Positions 30,294 to 44,601 of a stretch of 64,000 bases of DNA are shown here, piece after piece (position 1 is the first letter of the stretch; each line of letters begins with the position of its first letter). The stretch lies in NCBI RefSeq assembly GCF_009914755.1, contig NC_060925.1; one strand, 5' to 3'. The notes below the pieces were generated by a model. The model made no database searches, had not been told where the DNA came from, and was given only the letters and a program-made list of their open reading frames with translations. A program made the position numbers and the translations under genes. This stretch comes from the human T2T-CHM13v2.0 reference genome, Homo sapiens.

Positions 30294-31887
30294 TATATTC
30301 GATCATGCTAATATTTTCCCTCCCAATGCTCAGTTTTTACTGCAACTAAGTTAACTTAGCAAAAGAAAGTTAGTTCTTCTATCTTGAATCTGAACGCAAT
30401 AGCCAGCTAAGAAAACAAATTACAGACATTTTAGAAGATGGGGATTGGGGATTATGATGGATAATTATTAGTTATGCTTTTTACATATTAACAGTGTACC
30501 TGATCTTCCATTTGCCTCTCCAATCTGAAGGCTTTGTCTTTCTTTAGTTCTGAAAAAATTCTCTGTTATCTGTAAAGAATGTTTTGACTACATTTACTCA
30601 AATCTCTCATTCTGAAAGTCTATTAGTTGTATTTTGGATTTTCTCAATCTGTATCTCAATTTTAAAAAACATTTAACATATCTTTCTATGCTGTATTCTG
30701 GATTATTTCCTTAGATCTACCTTGAAAATCACTAATTCTTTCTTTAGCTATGTTTTTACTGTTTGATTTCCCTAAATATATATATTTTTTTCAGTATTTC
30801 TTGTTGTTTTATACTCTACTGTTCTTTACTTCTCTTAGCCTATGGCTTCTATTCCTTCTTTTATCTCTGAGAAGTCTCTTTCAGAATTTTCTGTCATCTA
30901 CTCTCAGGATGTAAGTTTTGTCATTTTTGAATGTGCTGGTTCTCCTGCTGCTGCTTTTCCTCATGGGTTTTGTAATTTTTAGCTTTGAGCTCATGTTCAG
31001 AGACTGTTGTTTTCTGGGTAACCCATTGAACATTAGGTTGTAAGGTGCCCTATCAAGTGAGTTTACATTTGCCTCTGCTAGGACACTGTAGTTCCACCAG
31101 TTCTAACCAGTCTTTCGGTTAATTTTTTAGTATAGTACCTATACTAAGTGTGTGACATACATTGAGATCCACCATTCACCTTTGGCTCAGGCTTGAGATT
31201 TCTTTCATGAGATCTGTTTCCATCCACAAGCCTAGTAGAAGTCAAGCTTTCTTCTTTATCCCCAGACCAGTGGGCTGGGTTTTTTTCTATTGCTTTTTAC
31301 AGAAGGCTGACTACCAGTTTTACATAGGTAGTTTAATTCCAGCTTCTCACCATGCATAGATCTAAGGCTTCATTTTCCATTCCCATCCCAGCCGTATAAC
31401 ACCAGCATGAAAACAGCAGCGTTGAGTCATAAGCCACCTTAAGTACTGCATTTCTTAGGGACTTCCTAAATAAGCTTAAACTAAATTTCATGCTGGCAAT
31501 AAAGTCCTACCTCCTTTGATCAACAATAGTATATTCCTAAATCAGATTATCCTCAAGGGCTGTTTGGCATCAGCTTCTCCTCACCCTTCTGACCTCTTTA
31601 TTCCTGACACCTTTGGCTTCTCCTTCTTGGGTTTAAGATTAACCTTGAGTCTTTGTTTTCTTTTACTGTGATCAACTTTTAAAATTTTCCAGCGTTCTGT
31701 GTTTGAAGCAGGAAGAGGGATTTCGAATGATTGCTCATCTGTCATATTGACTAGAAATGTTCCCATCTTTTGTTTTAATCTTACCCTGTTGTAGTAGTTG
31801 CTGTTAGCATATGATCTCCTTCTTTGGGATTTTTGTGGAGAGATAGACGGTACCAGTCATGTTTCCTCATTTGTTTTTCCCGTCTAG

Positions 31888-32072
31888 GTTTTGGAGTGTC
31901 ACAGACCAAAGCCATCATGACTCTGGTCTCTGGGATTCCAATGGGCCCACCCCGGCTTCCACTGCAGAAAGCCTCCAGGGAGTTTACTGATAGTGCTGAA
32001 GCTAAACTGAAGAGCCTGGATTTCCTTTCTTTCACTGATTTAAAGGATGGAAACTTGGAAGCTGGTAGCTAG
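31888..32072 (+). CDS. NPL: NPL terminal coding exon ([11 protein letters not shown]...GPPRLPL...GNLEAGS*)
   Basis: tctag|GT acceptor; TAG at 32070-32072; RLPL motif of DapA/NAL C-terminus; exon lengths sum to a 320-aa protein with the missing first exon. Confidence 0.97.
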
Positions 32073-33545
32073 TGCCTCTCTATCAAATCAGGGTTTGCAC
32101 CTTGAGACATAATCTACCTTAAATAGTGCATTTTTTTCTCAGGGAATTTTAGATGAACTTGAATAAACTCTCCTAGCAAATGAAATCTCACAATAAGCAT
32201 TGAGGTACCTTTTGTGAGCCTTAAAAAGTCTTATTTTGTGAAGGGGCAAAAACTCTAGGAGTCACAACTCTCAGTCATTCATTTCACAGATTTTTTTGTG
32301 GAGAAATTTCTGTTTATATGGATGAAATGGAATCAAGAGGAAAATTGTAATTGATTAATTCCATCTGTCTTTAGGAGCTCTCATTATCTCGGTCTCTGGT
32401 TCCTAATCCTATTTTAAAGTTGTCTAATTTTAAACCACTATAATATGTCTTCATTTTAATAAATATTCATTTGGAATCTAGGAAAACTCTGAGCTACTGC
32501 ATTTAGGCAGGCACTTTAATACCAAACTGTAACATGTCTCAACTGTATACAACTCAAAATACACCAGCTCATTTGGCTGCTCAGTCTAACTCTAGAATGG
32601 ATGCTTTTGAATTCATTTCGATGTCACCACTTTTCGCTCTTTAAAAACACTGGGTCAGGTGAGGACTTGTTTCAGTTCCTATAACTAAGTAAAGGGCGGC
32701 TTTCTCATAACAAAGGAAAAAGTCTTCCCCAAAGATGAATTTAAGTCTCCACTTTTTTCTATACAGAAAACTCAAAACTCAAAGTTTCAAAGAACCAAAG
32801 GACTCTTCCTCTGGGCACCACAAACTTCCCCTTCCTCCACTGAGAAGACTGTCTCTCCCGCAGGACCCTGAATTATTGAAATCGAAGGCTGACTTCCTTT
32901 CTGCAGTGAGCCCAGGGGCTAATGTTATTATCCTGTCACACTTGCAACTAGTGACTTTTGTTTAGTGATAGAAGATTTGGGGAGGACCCAAAGGACTCAG
33001 AACTTTCTCTCCATACCTCCTTTTACTCTTTTCTTTCTGTGTAATGTATCAACAACTGTTTAATCTCCCTTCTAACAAACCTTGATATAAGCTTTCTGAT
33101 ATCAAAGTATATTGACAGTTAACCCTTACTGATTTTAAACTTGACTATCCAGTCTGTTAATTACCTAAGATTTTGTTTTCATTTCATCTCTAATTGTTTT
33201 GATCATTGGCAGAGAAAGAGTATTTGAAATTCATATCAGTTTTGCTCCTTATTTTAATCTCTTTGAATTAAAAATAAAACTTTTTCAAAATGGAAATTTG
33301 AAATTATAAGTAGACTTCAATTATCTTTGCTAATCCTCTCTTTAATTAGTCAGCTAGTTAAAAGTTGTTATATTCATATATCCTCAACCCTCTTTTTGCC
33401 TTTGTAGCTTTTAATTTCCTGAAAGAAGAAAATGAGTTGTTCGTTTTTGGTTCTGAGGATGTGATATCCGTACTTACTGATACTAAAGCCAAATTTAAAT
33501 TCTAAAATTAATTCTTGGGTATCCAATAAACAAAGAACTATTTTT
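32073..33545 (+). terminator. NPL: NPL 3' UTR with tandem polyadenylation signals
   Basis: AATAAA at 32162, 32458, 33273 and 33525; the last is followed by a T/GT-rich tract (33540-33562). End coordinate is an estimate. Confidence 0.7.
32767..32843 (+). CDS. NPL: NPL alternative terminal coding segment (ENSKLKVSKNQRTLPLGTTNFPFLH*)
   Basis: acttttttctatacag|AA acceptor inside the 3' UTR; joining to the phase-1 donor at 28984 gives 25 codons then TGA (284 aa total), matching my recollection of an annotated isoform. Confidence 0.68.
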
Positions 33546-33691
33546 CTATTTTTGCTTTTGTGAAGTCAATGCTTAGAGGATTTTTAAGATGGTGAGTGAG
33601 CTTTTGTGAACATAAAGAGAAATATGATTTTAAAATGACCAGGTCTGAGTTTAGCTCTGTTAACATCCAGTAGCTTAGAAATGAATATCAT

Positions 33692-34014
<323 letters not shown>

Positions 34015-34276
34015 TCATATAGCAGTAGGCTATTAATAGTGCACTTAAGTAAAATTTTGGAATACTATGAACTTACCGTTTTGTTTATAATCTATTCCTA
34101 AATTGTTTTTAACATTAAAACTACAGTAATGGCATGTGAAATATTTCATTCAACACAGTAGTAAAAGCTGATTTCCAACCTCTTTGTTTCAAGATAGAAA
34201 TCTGAGATCAGTCCACTGGGGATGGTTGGAGGGACAGGAGTGATTTTAGGAATTGGTTTTACTTAAGATCTCTCTT

Positions 34277-34825
<549 letters not shown>

Positions 34826-35790
34826 TCATACAGAGGAAATGGAGTGGGATCTACAAACCCATCAAATCAAGTAGAGGAAACAACACATCCAAGCCATTTA
34901 ACCATTTCCTTATCACATGCTGACTCAACCCTCAGTTTCCTCCAGTGGAAGTAAGAGGGAAACTTGGAACCAAAATTATGCAAATAGCAGAGCTAAGCCC
35001 CAGGTAGAGGCAGAGCACTACCTCACACTTTGTTTCTGGGGCTGAGAAATGGCTATCTGGGTGGACAAAAAAACCCAAATCGTAGTTTCTCCTAAGAGTC
35101 TCCCCTTGGTGACTCTTAGGAAATTGTTTGATACATAATACATTTTAGCATGTTAAGTTACACAACTAGAAGGAAAACCCTAAAGCATTTTCTTAAGTCT
35201 TAATCACACAATTAATAAATATAATGGAATGGATTCAACAAAATACATAGAGAACTATATCCAGCAGGATGTGTTACCTTTATCTGGAGACAAGTTACAG
35301 AGAGTGTTCAAGTTCTATTCCAGAGGGACCACCTAAGGAGATTATACATCAATCACACATTCACTTCTGATATATTTTCTCTGATATATTCTGCTAGAAT
35401 GCCCTTCATGAATATCAGCATCCCATGTTTGAGGCAGATGTTGGGTTAGGCCCTATAGGCGCAGAAATTGTCACAAATGCCAGCCTTTGGTGTGAGAGAC
35501 AAGCCTTCTCATCTATCAGCAAGCACACATAACAAGGTTATCTTTGAGGTCATGGGGAAGTGGGTTCCCACAAGCGGGCAAGTGCATCAGCATCTCAGTA
35601 TGGTCTACAGTCCAAGACCAGTTTGTACCATTTTAAGGTTATCCTACCTCAGGTAGAAGGAGGTGGGATAATGACCACATACTACATTCTTGAGAATCCT
35701 CAGACTAGGGTGAAACAAAGTGATCCACCCTCAGCTTGAATGAGTGGACACATTTAAAGCATGTTAGAGTGGCAAATAATATTCATAGCC

Positions 35791-36150
35791 TGTATTAGTT
35801 CATTCTCATGCTGCTAATAAAGATGTATCTGAGACTGGGTAATTTATAAAGGAAAGAGGTTTACCATTCAGCATGGCTGGGGAGGCCTCAGGAAACTTTA
35901 CAATCATGGAAGAAGGGGAAGCAAACACATCCTTCTTCACATGGTGGCAGCAAGGAGAAGTGCTGAGCAAAAGGCACCCTTGTAAAACCAGCGGCTCTCG
36001 TGAGAACTCACTCTCACGAAAACAGCAGCATGGGAGTAACCACCCTCATGATTCAGTTAACTCCCATCAGGTCCCTCCCATGGCACATGGGGATTATGGA
36101 AACTACAATTCAAGATGAGATTTGGGTAGGGACACAGCCAAACCATATCA
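35791..36150. mobile_element. MaLR LTR (THE1-like)
   Basis: tgtattagt...ggggaggcctca...ctacaattcaagatgagatttgggt...aaaccatatca. Confidence 0.88.
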
Positions 36151-37157
36151 CAGGCCTAGCTGGTCTTCAGGTTGCAGTTACTATCTGAACTCCCCTGAAT
36201 ATTGGCCAATTAGTACTGTCCTTTTCCTAAGGTAATAACCTCAATCAGGTTTGACTTCCCAATTTGAGCAGAACTTCAGAATCATTCAGTTAAAACACTA
36301 AGTATATTCTGCCTTTTGCTCTTTCATTTGTCTATATAGAACTGTACCTATCTGTATGTCTTTCAAGATCCTTCAATATGGCCAGAGGAAAGTGGTGGGA
36401 GATGGAGGTGCAGAAGAGGGACCAATTTCCACAAGGTAGTGAGAGGGGGCTTCTCTGGGTCCATTAGACTTAATCTGAAGTTAGAATGTTGGAAAGAAAC
36501 CAGTCAGGTGAAGAGTAGCAGAGGGTGCATTCCAGGTGGTAGGACCCACATATTTGACAGTTCTGAGCCATGGGAGAGTCTGGAGTGTGAAAAACTGAAC
36601 AGAAGCCAATGAATCAGAGCTCAGACACCAGGGAGAAAGAGTAGGAAGTGATTAATTTAAAGGGACTGCAAAGGAGCCAGTTCTTGTAAGGTGTTGTAAG
36701 TCATAGGAACATTAAACTCACACTGTTTTTCTGTGCTGTAACTTTAAGTGCTATAAATTTAGAGTGTAAAATAACTATAGGCCCCCCTAAAGACTGAAAA
36801 ATTGGTACAGAAAGAAGAAAGTTTACAACAAGCCTTCAGTACATTACAGTTTGTAAATAAACTGTCTTTATTATTTCAACTTGTTGATATAACCTTGTCT
36901 CTGGAAAAATTGATTTTTTTGGTCTGAAATTGTTTAGTTTTCTTGGGTTTACAGAGAATGCATCATGATTTTCCAGTTAAAATATTATTTTCATTTAGTG
37001 GCTTTTCACTTAGCAGTAGGGTTTTCAGGAGTGAATTAAACATAATAACGAGGAAAAGGTATATTTCTATTCAGTAGCAGATAATTCTAGTATCTAAAAC
37101 ATTTATATATAATTCTGTCAGTTTTCTTTTTCTGCTGGCACTCAACTCATTGGACTT

Positions 37158-37292
37158 TATTTGTTTTTTAGAGACAGAGACAGGGTCTCACTATGTTGGC
37201 CAGGTTGGTTTTGAACTCCTGGCTTCAAGTGATCCCACACTTCAACCTCCCAAAGTGTTGGGATCACCCACATGAGCCACTTATACCCTGCC
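37158..37292 (-). mobile_element. Alu monomer (FLAM-like)
   Basis: Antisense left-arm monomer. Confidence 0.82.
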
Positions 37293-38225
37293 ACTCATCA
37301 GAGGTACTTAAGATCCTCACCCGTTTTATGATTTTTTGAACTCGAGCTTATGTTCAGTGGAATTTTATAGGAATTATTTGAGGTCTGGATAGAAGAATAT
37401 TCCACCAAAGAGAATATAATTTTAATCCTTCTAAGTGATTTATCTCTGTTGACTAATAACCGCTTTAAATAATTGGCTTGAGGTTTTTTTGGATATCAGA
37501 GGAAGTAAGTCTTTTTATTCTACCTAGCATCTAGTTTTTGATAGACAAGTTTCCTTATTATACCCCTCTTCTGGTTGGTTTGGCTTCTCATTGTTGCTAT
37601 TGTTGTTCACTTTTCACTGAAGATATAAGGCTTTCTGGTTTATGTGTAGGTCTCCTCTCAGCCTCTGCATGTTGGGCAGTCTCTTTTGTCTCCTTTCTCG
37701 TAAGCCCCAATGCAGCTTTTATTAAAAGGAAGCTCAAGTTCATTAAAAATCAGCAGACCCTTTCAGGGTAGGTGCTTACGTCAGGGTTCTCTTGCCTCTC
37801 TGGATTCATTCATTCACTTCATTTATGTTTACCTCTAAAGCATTTTCTTTCTTGGCAGCACAGCAATACATTTTTTTTTTTGTATTCAACATTTTCTGTT
37901 ATTTTTCAATGGTAAGTTTATTTAGGGCATCTCCATTTTTTTCAAGCTTTTGGAATCTTTTGCTTTCAATTACTCTTAAATACAGCAAATTTATATTTTG
38001 CTACAGGTTCCACTCTGAGTCATTTTTTCTTAATAGATTATTACATCCCATTTACCTTTATTGAAAATCTTTCTAAAGTAGTTTGTAGAGGGAAACATTA
38101 ATTTGTTCAGGTAAATAAATACAGTAATTCTAGTATCCAATAAGAAATTACAAATTCTAGATATGTGAAACTAATTAACACTGGAAAAAAGTAAAACCCC
38201 ATAACCTTATAGAAATGTGTTGTTC

Positions 38226-38351
38226 TTGTGGTGGCTCATGCCTGTAATCCCAGCACCTTCAGAAGCTGAGGTGGGAGGATCAGTTGAGGCCAGGTGTTTG
38301 AGACTAGCCTGGGCAACATAACAAGACCCTGTCTCTACAAAAAGAAAAGAA
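38226..38351 (+). mobile_element. Alu monomer (FLAM-like)
   Basis: Left-arm monomer with A-rich tail. Confidence 0.82.
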
Positions 38352-38938
38352 AGACATGTATTAGTCTCAGTTAAAGCTTGTATAAAGCAAGCAACAAAAA
38401 TGCTCAAATATACAAATGCATGGGTAAATAAAGCCCTGAACCTTAATGTGGGAACCGTAAAAGCAAATGTGAATATGGCATTTCAAGACTACATAACTGA
38501 GAAGCAAGCCAAACTATAAAATAAATTAATTCCTGTAGAATAAATACAGAGAAAGCAAATGTAACTGTAAAAATGGAGCAAAACATGTTGCAAAATCCTG
38601 TGAATGTGAATAGATTTCTATATAGCCATAGAACTTGTAGATTAACAAATGGTTCAAGAAGAACTGGTACAATGGAGACAGAAAAATGACTTCCAATGTT
38701 ACAACTGCTTATAGAAAAGATAAATATTCACTTATGTACAACAAGCAATAAAAAAGGAAGACGTCTAATAGAAATTGGCTTTTGAATGACCGTAATTATT
38801 AACAAGAAAATAATTTTAGAAGTATCAGATAGGTTCTATTCTTCATTCTCAAAATCTAGACTACCATTTCTGCTGGAATCCAGATTATATACTTCATCTG
38901 TGTCACTCATTGCATTAAGAGTCATCAGTCCTTTAAAC

Positions 38939-39276
38939 CAGCGGTCCCCAACCTATTTGGCACCAGGGACAGGTTTCGTGGAAGACAATTTTTCCACGGA
39001 CCAGGGGCCTGGGAGGGATGGTGTCAGGATGAAACCGTTCCACCTCAGATCATCAGGCATTTTCTCATAAGGAGCACGCAACCTAGATCCCTTGCATCTG
39101 CAGTTCACAATAAGGTTCACACTCCTATAAGAATCTAATGCTGCTGCTGCTGTGACAGGAAGCGGAGCTCAGGCGGTAATGCTTGCTCGCCCTTCGCTCA
39201 CTTCCTGCTGTGCAGCCCCATTCCTGACAGGCCATGGACCTGTACCGGTCTGCAGCCCAGGAGTTGGAGACCCCTT
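38939..39276. mobile_element. MER1B-like hAT-Charlie element
   Basis: cagcggtccccaacc...gtggaagacaattttt...gttggagacccct. Confidence 0.85.
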
Positions 39277-40366
39277 CGTTAAGAGATCAACCAACTCTTC
39301 AATATGTCAAGATTTATGTGGGTAATTATATCAGAGGAGAGAAGGCTCTGGTCTTGTCCTCTTATAAGGGCACTAATCCCACCATGGGGGCTCTACTGTC
39401 ATGACCTCATCTAAACCCAGTTATATCCTAAAAGCGCCATCTCCAAATACCATCACATTGAGGATTAGGGCTTCAGCATAAAAATTTGGGGGAGATACAA
39501 ATATTCAGTCCATATCAGCATATGGATGGTGGTTGGAATATAGAAGAATAAGACTCTCCAGGTAGAGGGTATATAGAGTGCTAAGAACAGAACCTGGGTG
39601 TGACTTGCAATTGGAGTGCACACAGAGGAAGAGAAGTTGAGTAGGAGTCTAGAGGGAGTGATCAGAAATATGAGGGCAGAACCATGCTCAAAGGAACTCC
39701 AAAGGGCTTAAATTTGAGCGACAGAGGTACTCAGAGAACATTTGCTTTTGGGAGTCTCATCCTGGAGAAGATATCTTTGTATCTCTTATTTCCCACCAAA
39801 CTAAGTGAACTTTCATCAGTTATTTCTAGTCAAAAAGGTAAATGTGAAATATTAAGTAGTCCAGTTGAAGCAGACCTTTCATTATTTGATCATTGAGTGA
39901 CCTATAGCCTCAGTTCCAAATTCTTAAGATAGGGACAAAGTTACCTGTTTTATAATAAAGCTTAAAAAAAAATTCCCTACCCTGCTCTGTCCCACTTGAC
40001 CTCTGAAATCTCCTAGTTGGTCAGCTACCAGGAACAGGTAATGGTTGTGTTGAAATCGGCCCACTTTCCATACTTTTGGGACATGTTTTAAGGCTTCATT
40101 TGCAAATGTTAAGATCTTAGACAGTGCTAGTTGCCAAGAGCCACCTACAAAGGTAATGCCAGTCCTCGGACCCAAATCCCAGGGGACTCTAGGTCTCAGG
40201 TGCAGAGCCTAAATTAAGAACCAACTCAGTAACAAAATTCTCCTTAATCCTTGGAAGCTAAAGATCCAGCTTTGAAAAATGTATTTCCATGTAATATATT
40301 GATACTTTTGTTGTGCTCATTATATACTATAAAACACTTGCAATTCATTTATGCTAGTTGAGTCTC

Positions 40367-41070
<704 letters not shown>

Positions 41071-41650
41071 TTCTAGGCCCCTGCTGCTTTCAACACCCTG
41101 AAGGGTACAAAAAAAAAAAAATTAAGGTCTTTCCTTCAATGATTTTATTCTTAATTAAGGAGAACAATCACATGAAGAAAATAATAAGTAAATGATAAAC
41201 TATGTTGTTCTGATTTTAAGAATGACAGTTTTAAAGGGAGTGATCACTATCAGCTAGAAGGATTAAGAAAAACATAAGGAAAGAGGTGAAAAATAAAGAT
41301 CCATAGATATAATGAGCCCAGATAATTGATTAGTCTGGATTCCCTGGAACAATCCCAGCTGGAAATGTTTTGTATCATTACCTTCATGGGACGCACTGGA
41401 GTTTCAAAATTTAACAGTGACTAGTATAATAATTAAGGACACAATTATTCCAAAGACTTGGAACACAAAATTACTCCAAAGACTTGGAACACAAAAGGTT
41501 ATCCAATTTAAACAAAAGCAACCTTGCAGATTTTATTCCTACCTTAAAGTAGTTTGCTGAGCACTTACAGTAATGTTCCAGGCACGGCAAGGAGCGACCT
41601 GCGTTAGCCAGGCAGAATGCCCGCCTTCACTGAGCTTATTTCTTTCATGG

Positions 41651-41994
41651 TTTTTTTTTTTTTTTTTGAGACGGAGTCTCGCTCTCTCGCCCAGAAAATG
41701 GCGTGATCTCGGCCCACTGCAACCTCCGCCTCCGCCCCCGACCCCGGGGTTCAAGCGATTCTCCTGCCTCAGCCTCCCGAGTAGCTGGGATTGCAGGAGC
41801 CCGCCCAGCCACCCAAGCAGCTGGGATTGCAGGCGCCCGCCCCCATGCCCGGCTAATTTTTGTATTTTTTTTTTTTTTTTTAGTAGAAACGGGGTTTCAC
41901 CACGCTGGCCAGGCTGGTCTCAAACTCCTGACCCCAAGTGATTCGCCCACCTCGGCCTCCCAAAGTGCTGGGATTACAGTCACCACGCCCGGCC
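41651..41994 (-). mobile_element. CpG-rich Alu with internal duplication
   Basis: Antisense Alu; agctgggattgcagg(a/c)gcccgccc occurs twice. Confidence 0.93.
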
Positions 41995-42189
41995 AGTTTA
42001 TTTCTTTCAAGAGACACTGGCGTTCAGACTATCTGAATCAATCCGGTAACTACGCCCACTGAACACCTACTACATGCCAGGTATTGAACTAAGCCGCCCT
42101 TCATATGCCATCTCATGTAATTATCTCAACAACCCTACCAAGTTAGCAGCAAGGTTTCCAGTTCTGCCTTCGAAGGGAACCTCCTCTCA

Positions 42190-43200
42190 CCGGAGATCCC
42201 TATGACAGACCCTGCGAAATATTTTGCTGCATCAGAATGCTACAGGCCGTCAACTCCCTAACATGCGCAAAAGCGGGCAGCCGATTATCCAGGGTAGTGG
42301 ATTATCCAGGAGAGTGGATTATCCAGAGTAGCAGGTCTGGCGCGATGCCCGCCCGGCTCAGCCCATCTCCCTAGCAACGAAACCCTTCCGCGCCGCGAGG
42401 TTGCTGAGCCCCGCCCCCTCCATTGGCGCGCCCTCGCCATCCCCCGCCCTGGCACGCGCTCTGCGCATGCGTACGCTCGCTGGCCCCGCCCCCTAGCGCC
42501 GCGGTCGGAGCCATTTCGCCGATTCCTCCATGCGAGTTGCTGTGCGTTTCTCTGTTGTCTCGGTAGAAGGCCAGAGTCACACACGGTCCTAAGAGCTGGG
42601 CACCAGGAAGCGAAGGCTGGTAAGGGAGAGACGTTCCGGCTACCATGCGGGGCGGCGGGGTCGCGGGCGGGCGGCGTGGACCATGGCTCCGCAGCCGGCT
42701 TTGTTGCGAAGCGCGGGCGGCGGCGGCGGCTGGGGGTGGGGGAAGGGACGAGCCGCCCGCGGGTCCCCGGATTGCGGGTTGCGTGCGCGCCTCGCCGCGA
42801 TGCGCTTGCGCCGTCCGGGCAGCCTGTGGCCCCCTCCCCTCTCCTCCGCCCAGCGTTTCCCGCTGCTGCCTCTAGCAGGCAAAGCGCGCTTCCTCCTCTG
42901 GCCTGCGTACGCCGGGGCACCGCGGCGGCTGAGGGAAGGGGGTGCTTCGCCTGTGGTGGTTGCCGCCGGGGCGCCACTGGCCTAGGGCTCTTCATTCATT
43001 CAAGCCACGAATAACTGGCGCCGTCGTGCAGGCCTTGTGGGTAGAGGAAAAAAAATTGAAGAATGTAAAGGGAGAGCGCCTTTGGCTAGTATAGCGAGGT
43101 AAGGCGTCTCGAAGGAGGGAGGCTTTGAGCTGATAACCTCGGCCAACGCGAAGGAAAAGCAGAGCCTGCAGAAGCGGAAGGGATTAGTTATCGCTTAAGG
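42190..43200. promoter_or_regulatory. DHX9: CpG island / TATA-less DHX9 promoter
   Basis: Very high GC and CpG density; GC boxes CCCCGCCC near 42408 and 42484; reverse CCAAT (ATTGG 42422) overlapping E2F-like TTGGCGCG; NRF1-like TGCGCATGCGTA 42462-42473; Inr/YY1-like CCATTTC 42511-42517. Confidence 0.9.
42510..42619 (+). other. DHX9: DHX9 exon 1 (5' UTR); start approximate
   Basis: Donor CTG|gtaagg at 42619/42620 in the CpG island; start inferred from the Inr-like motif. Confidence 0.8.
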
Positions 43201-43311
43201 GCAGAAACTGGGCGGGAGCTGAAAGCAGGCCATGTGACTGGAGTGTGGCGAGAAGGCCTTCAAAGGAGAATGGGTTTTAGGGTGGCAAGAGTGGAAACAA
43301 AAACCGTGTAG

Positions 43312-43761
<450 letters not shown>

Positions 43762-44174
43762 GAATTCTTGCTCTTATAATTAGGAGCTCTGTCTTCCTGA
43801 AGCAAGATATTCTTTGTCTCAGTTTCCCCTTCTCTAAAGGGATAGTGATCTTACCTGTACAAGGTTACTAAGGATTAAGTAAAATAGTTCCATTTAGATG
43901 ATCTATTATGGATATTGTTTGACACACATTAAGGGTTCTACAAGGGATAGCTATGGAGAATCTTAAGGGAGTGGACGACTCTCAACTTGTGCCAGGAGTA
44001 ACTTGGTGGATGTCGTACCGTTTATGGAAACCGAAATGTAGGGGTAGGGTGTTGGAACAGATTTGAGGGGAAATTTAAAATTCTGTTTTGACTGAGATGC
44101 CAAGTTAGCATGCAAATGGGTGAGTTAGTGCCACAGTTGGATGAACTTAATTTTGGACTTTAAAGAGAAACGAC

Positions 44175-44601
<427 letters not shown>

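Noticed and set aside
42285-42995. 236-aa minus-strand ORF and other overlapping ORFs in the CpG island
   Set aside because: Arg/Pro/Gly/Ala-rich frames expected from stop-codon scarcity in GC-rich DNA; no recognisable domain.
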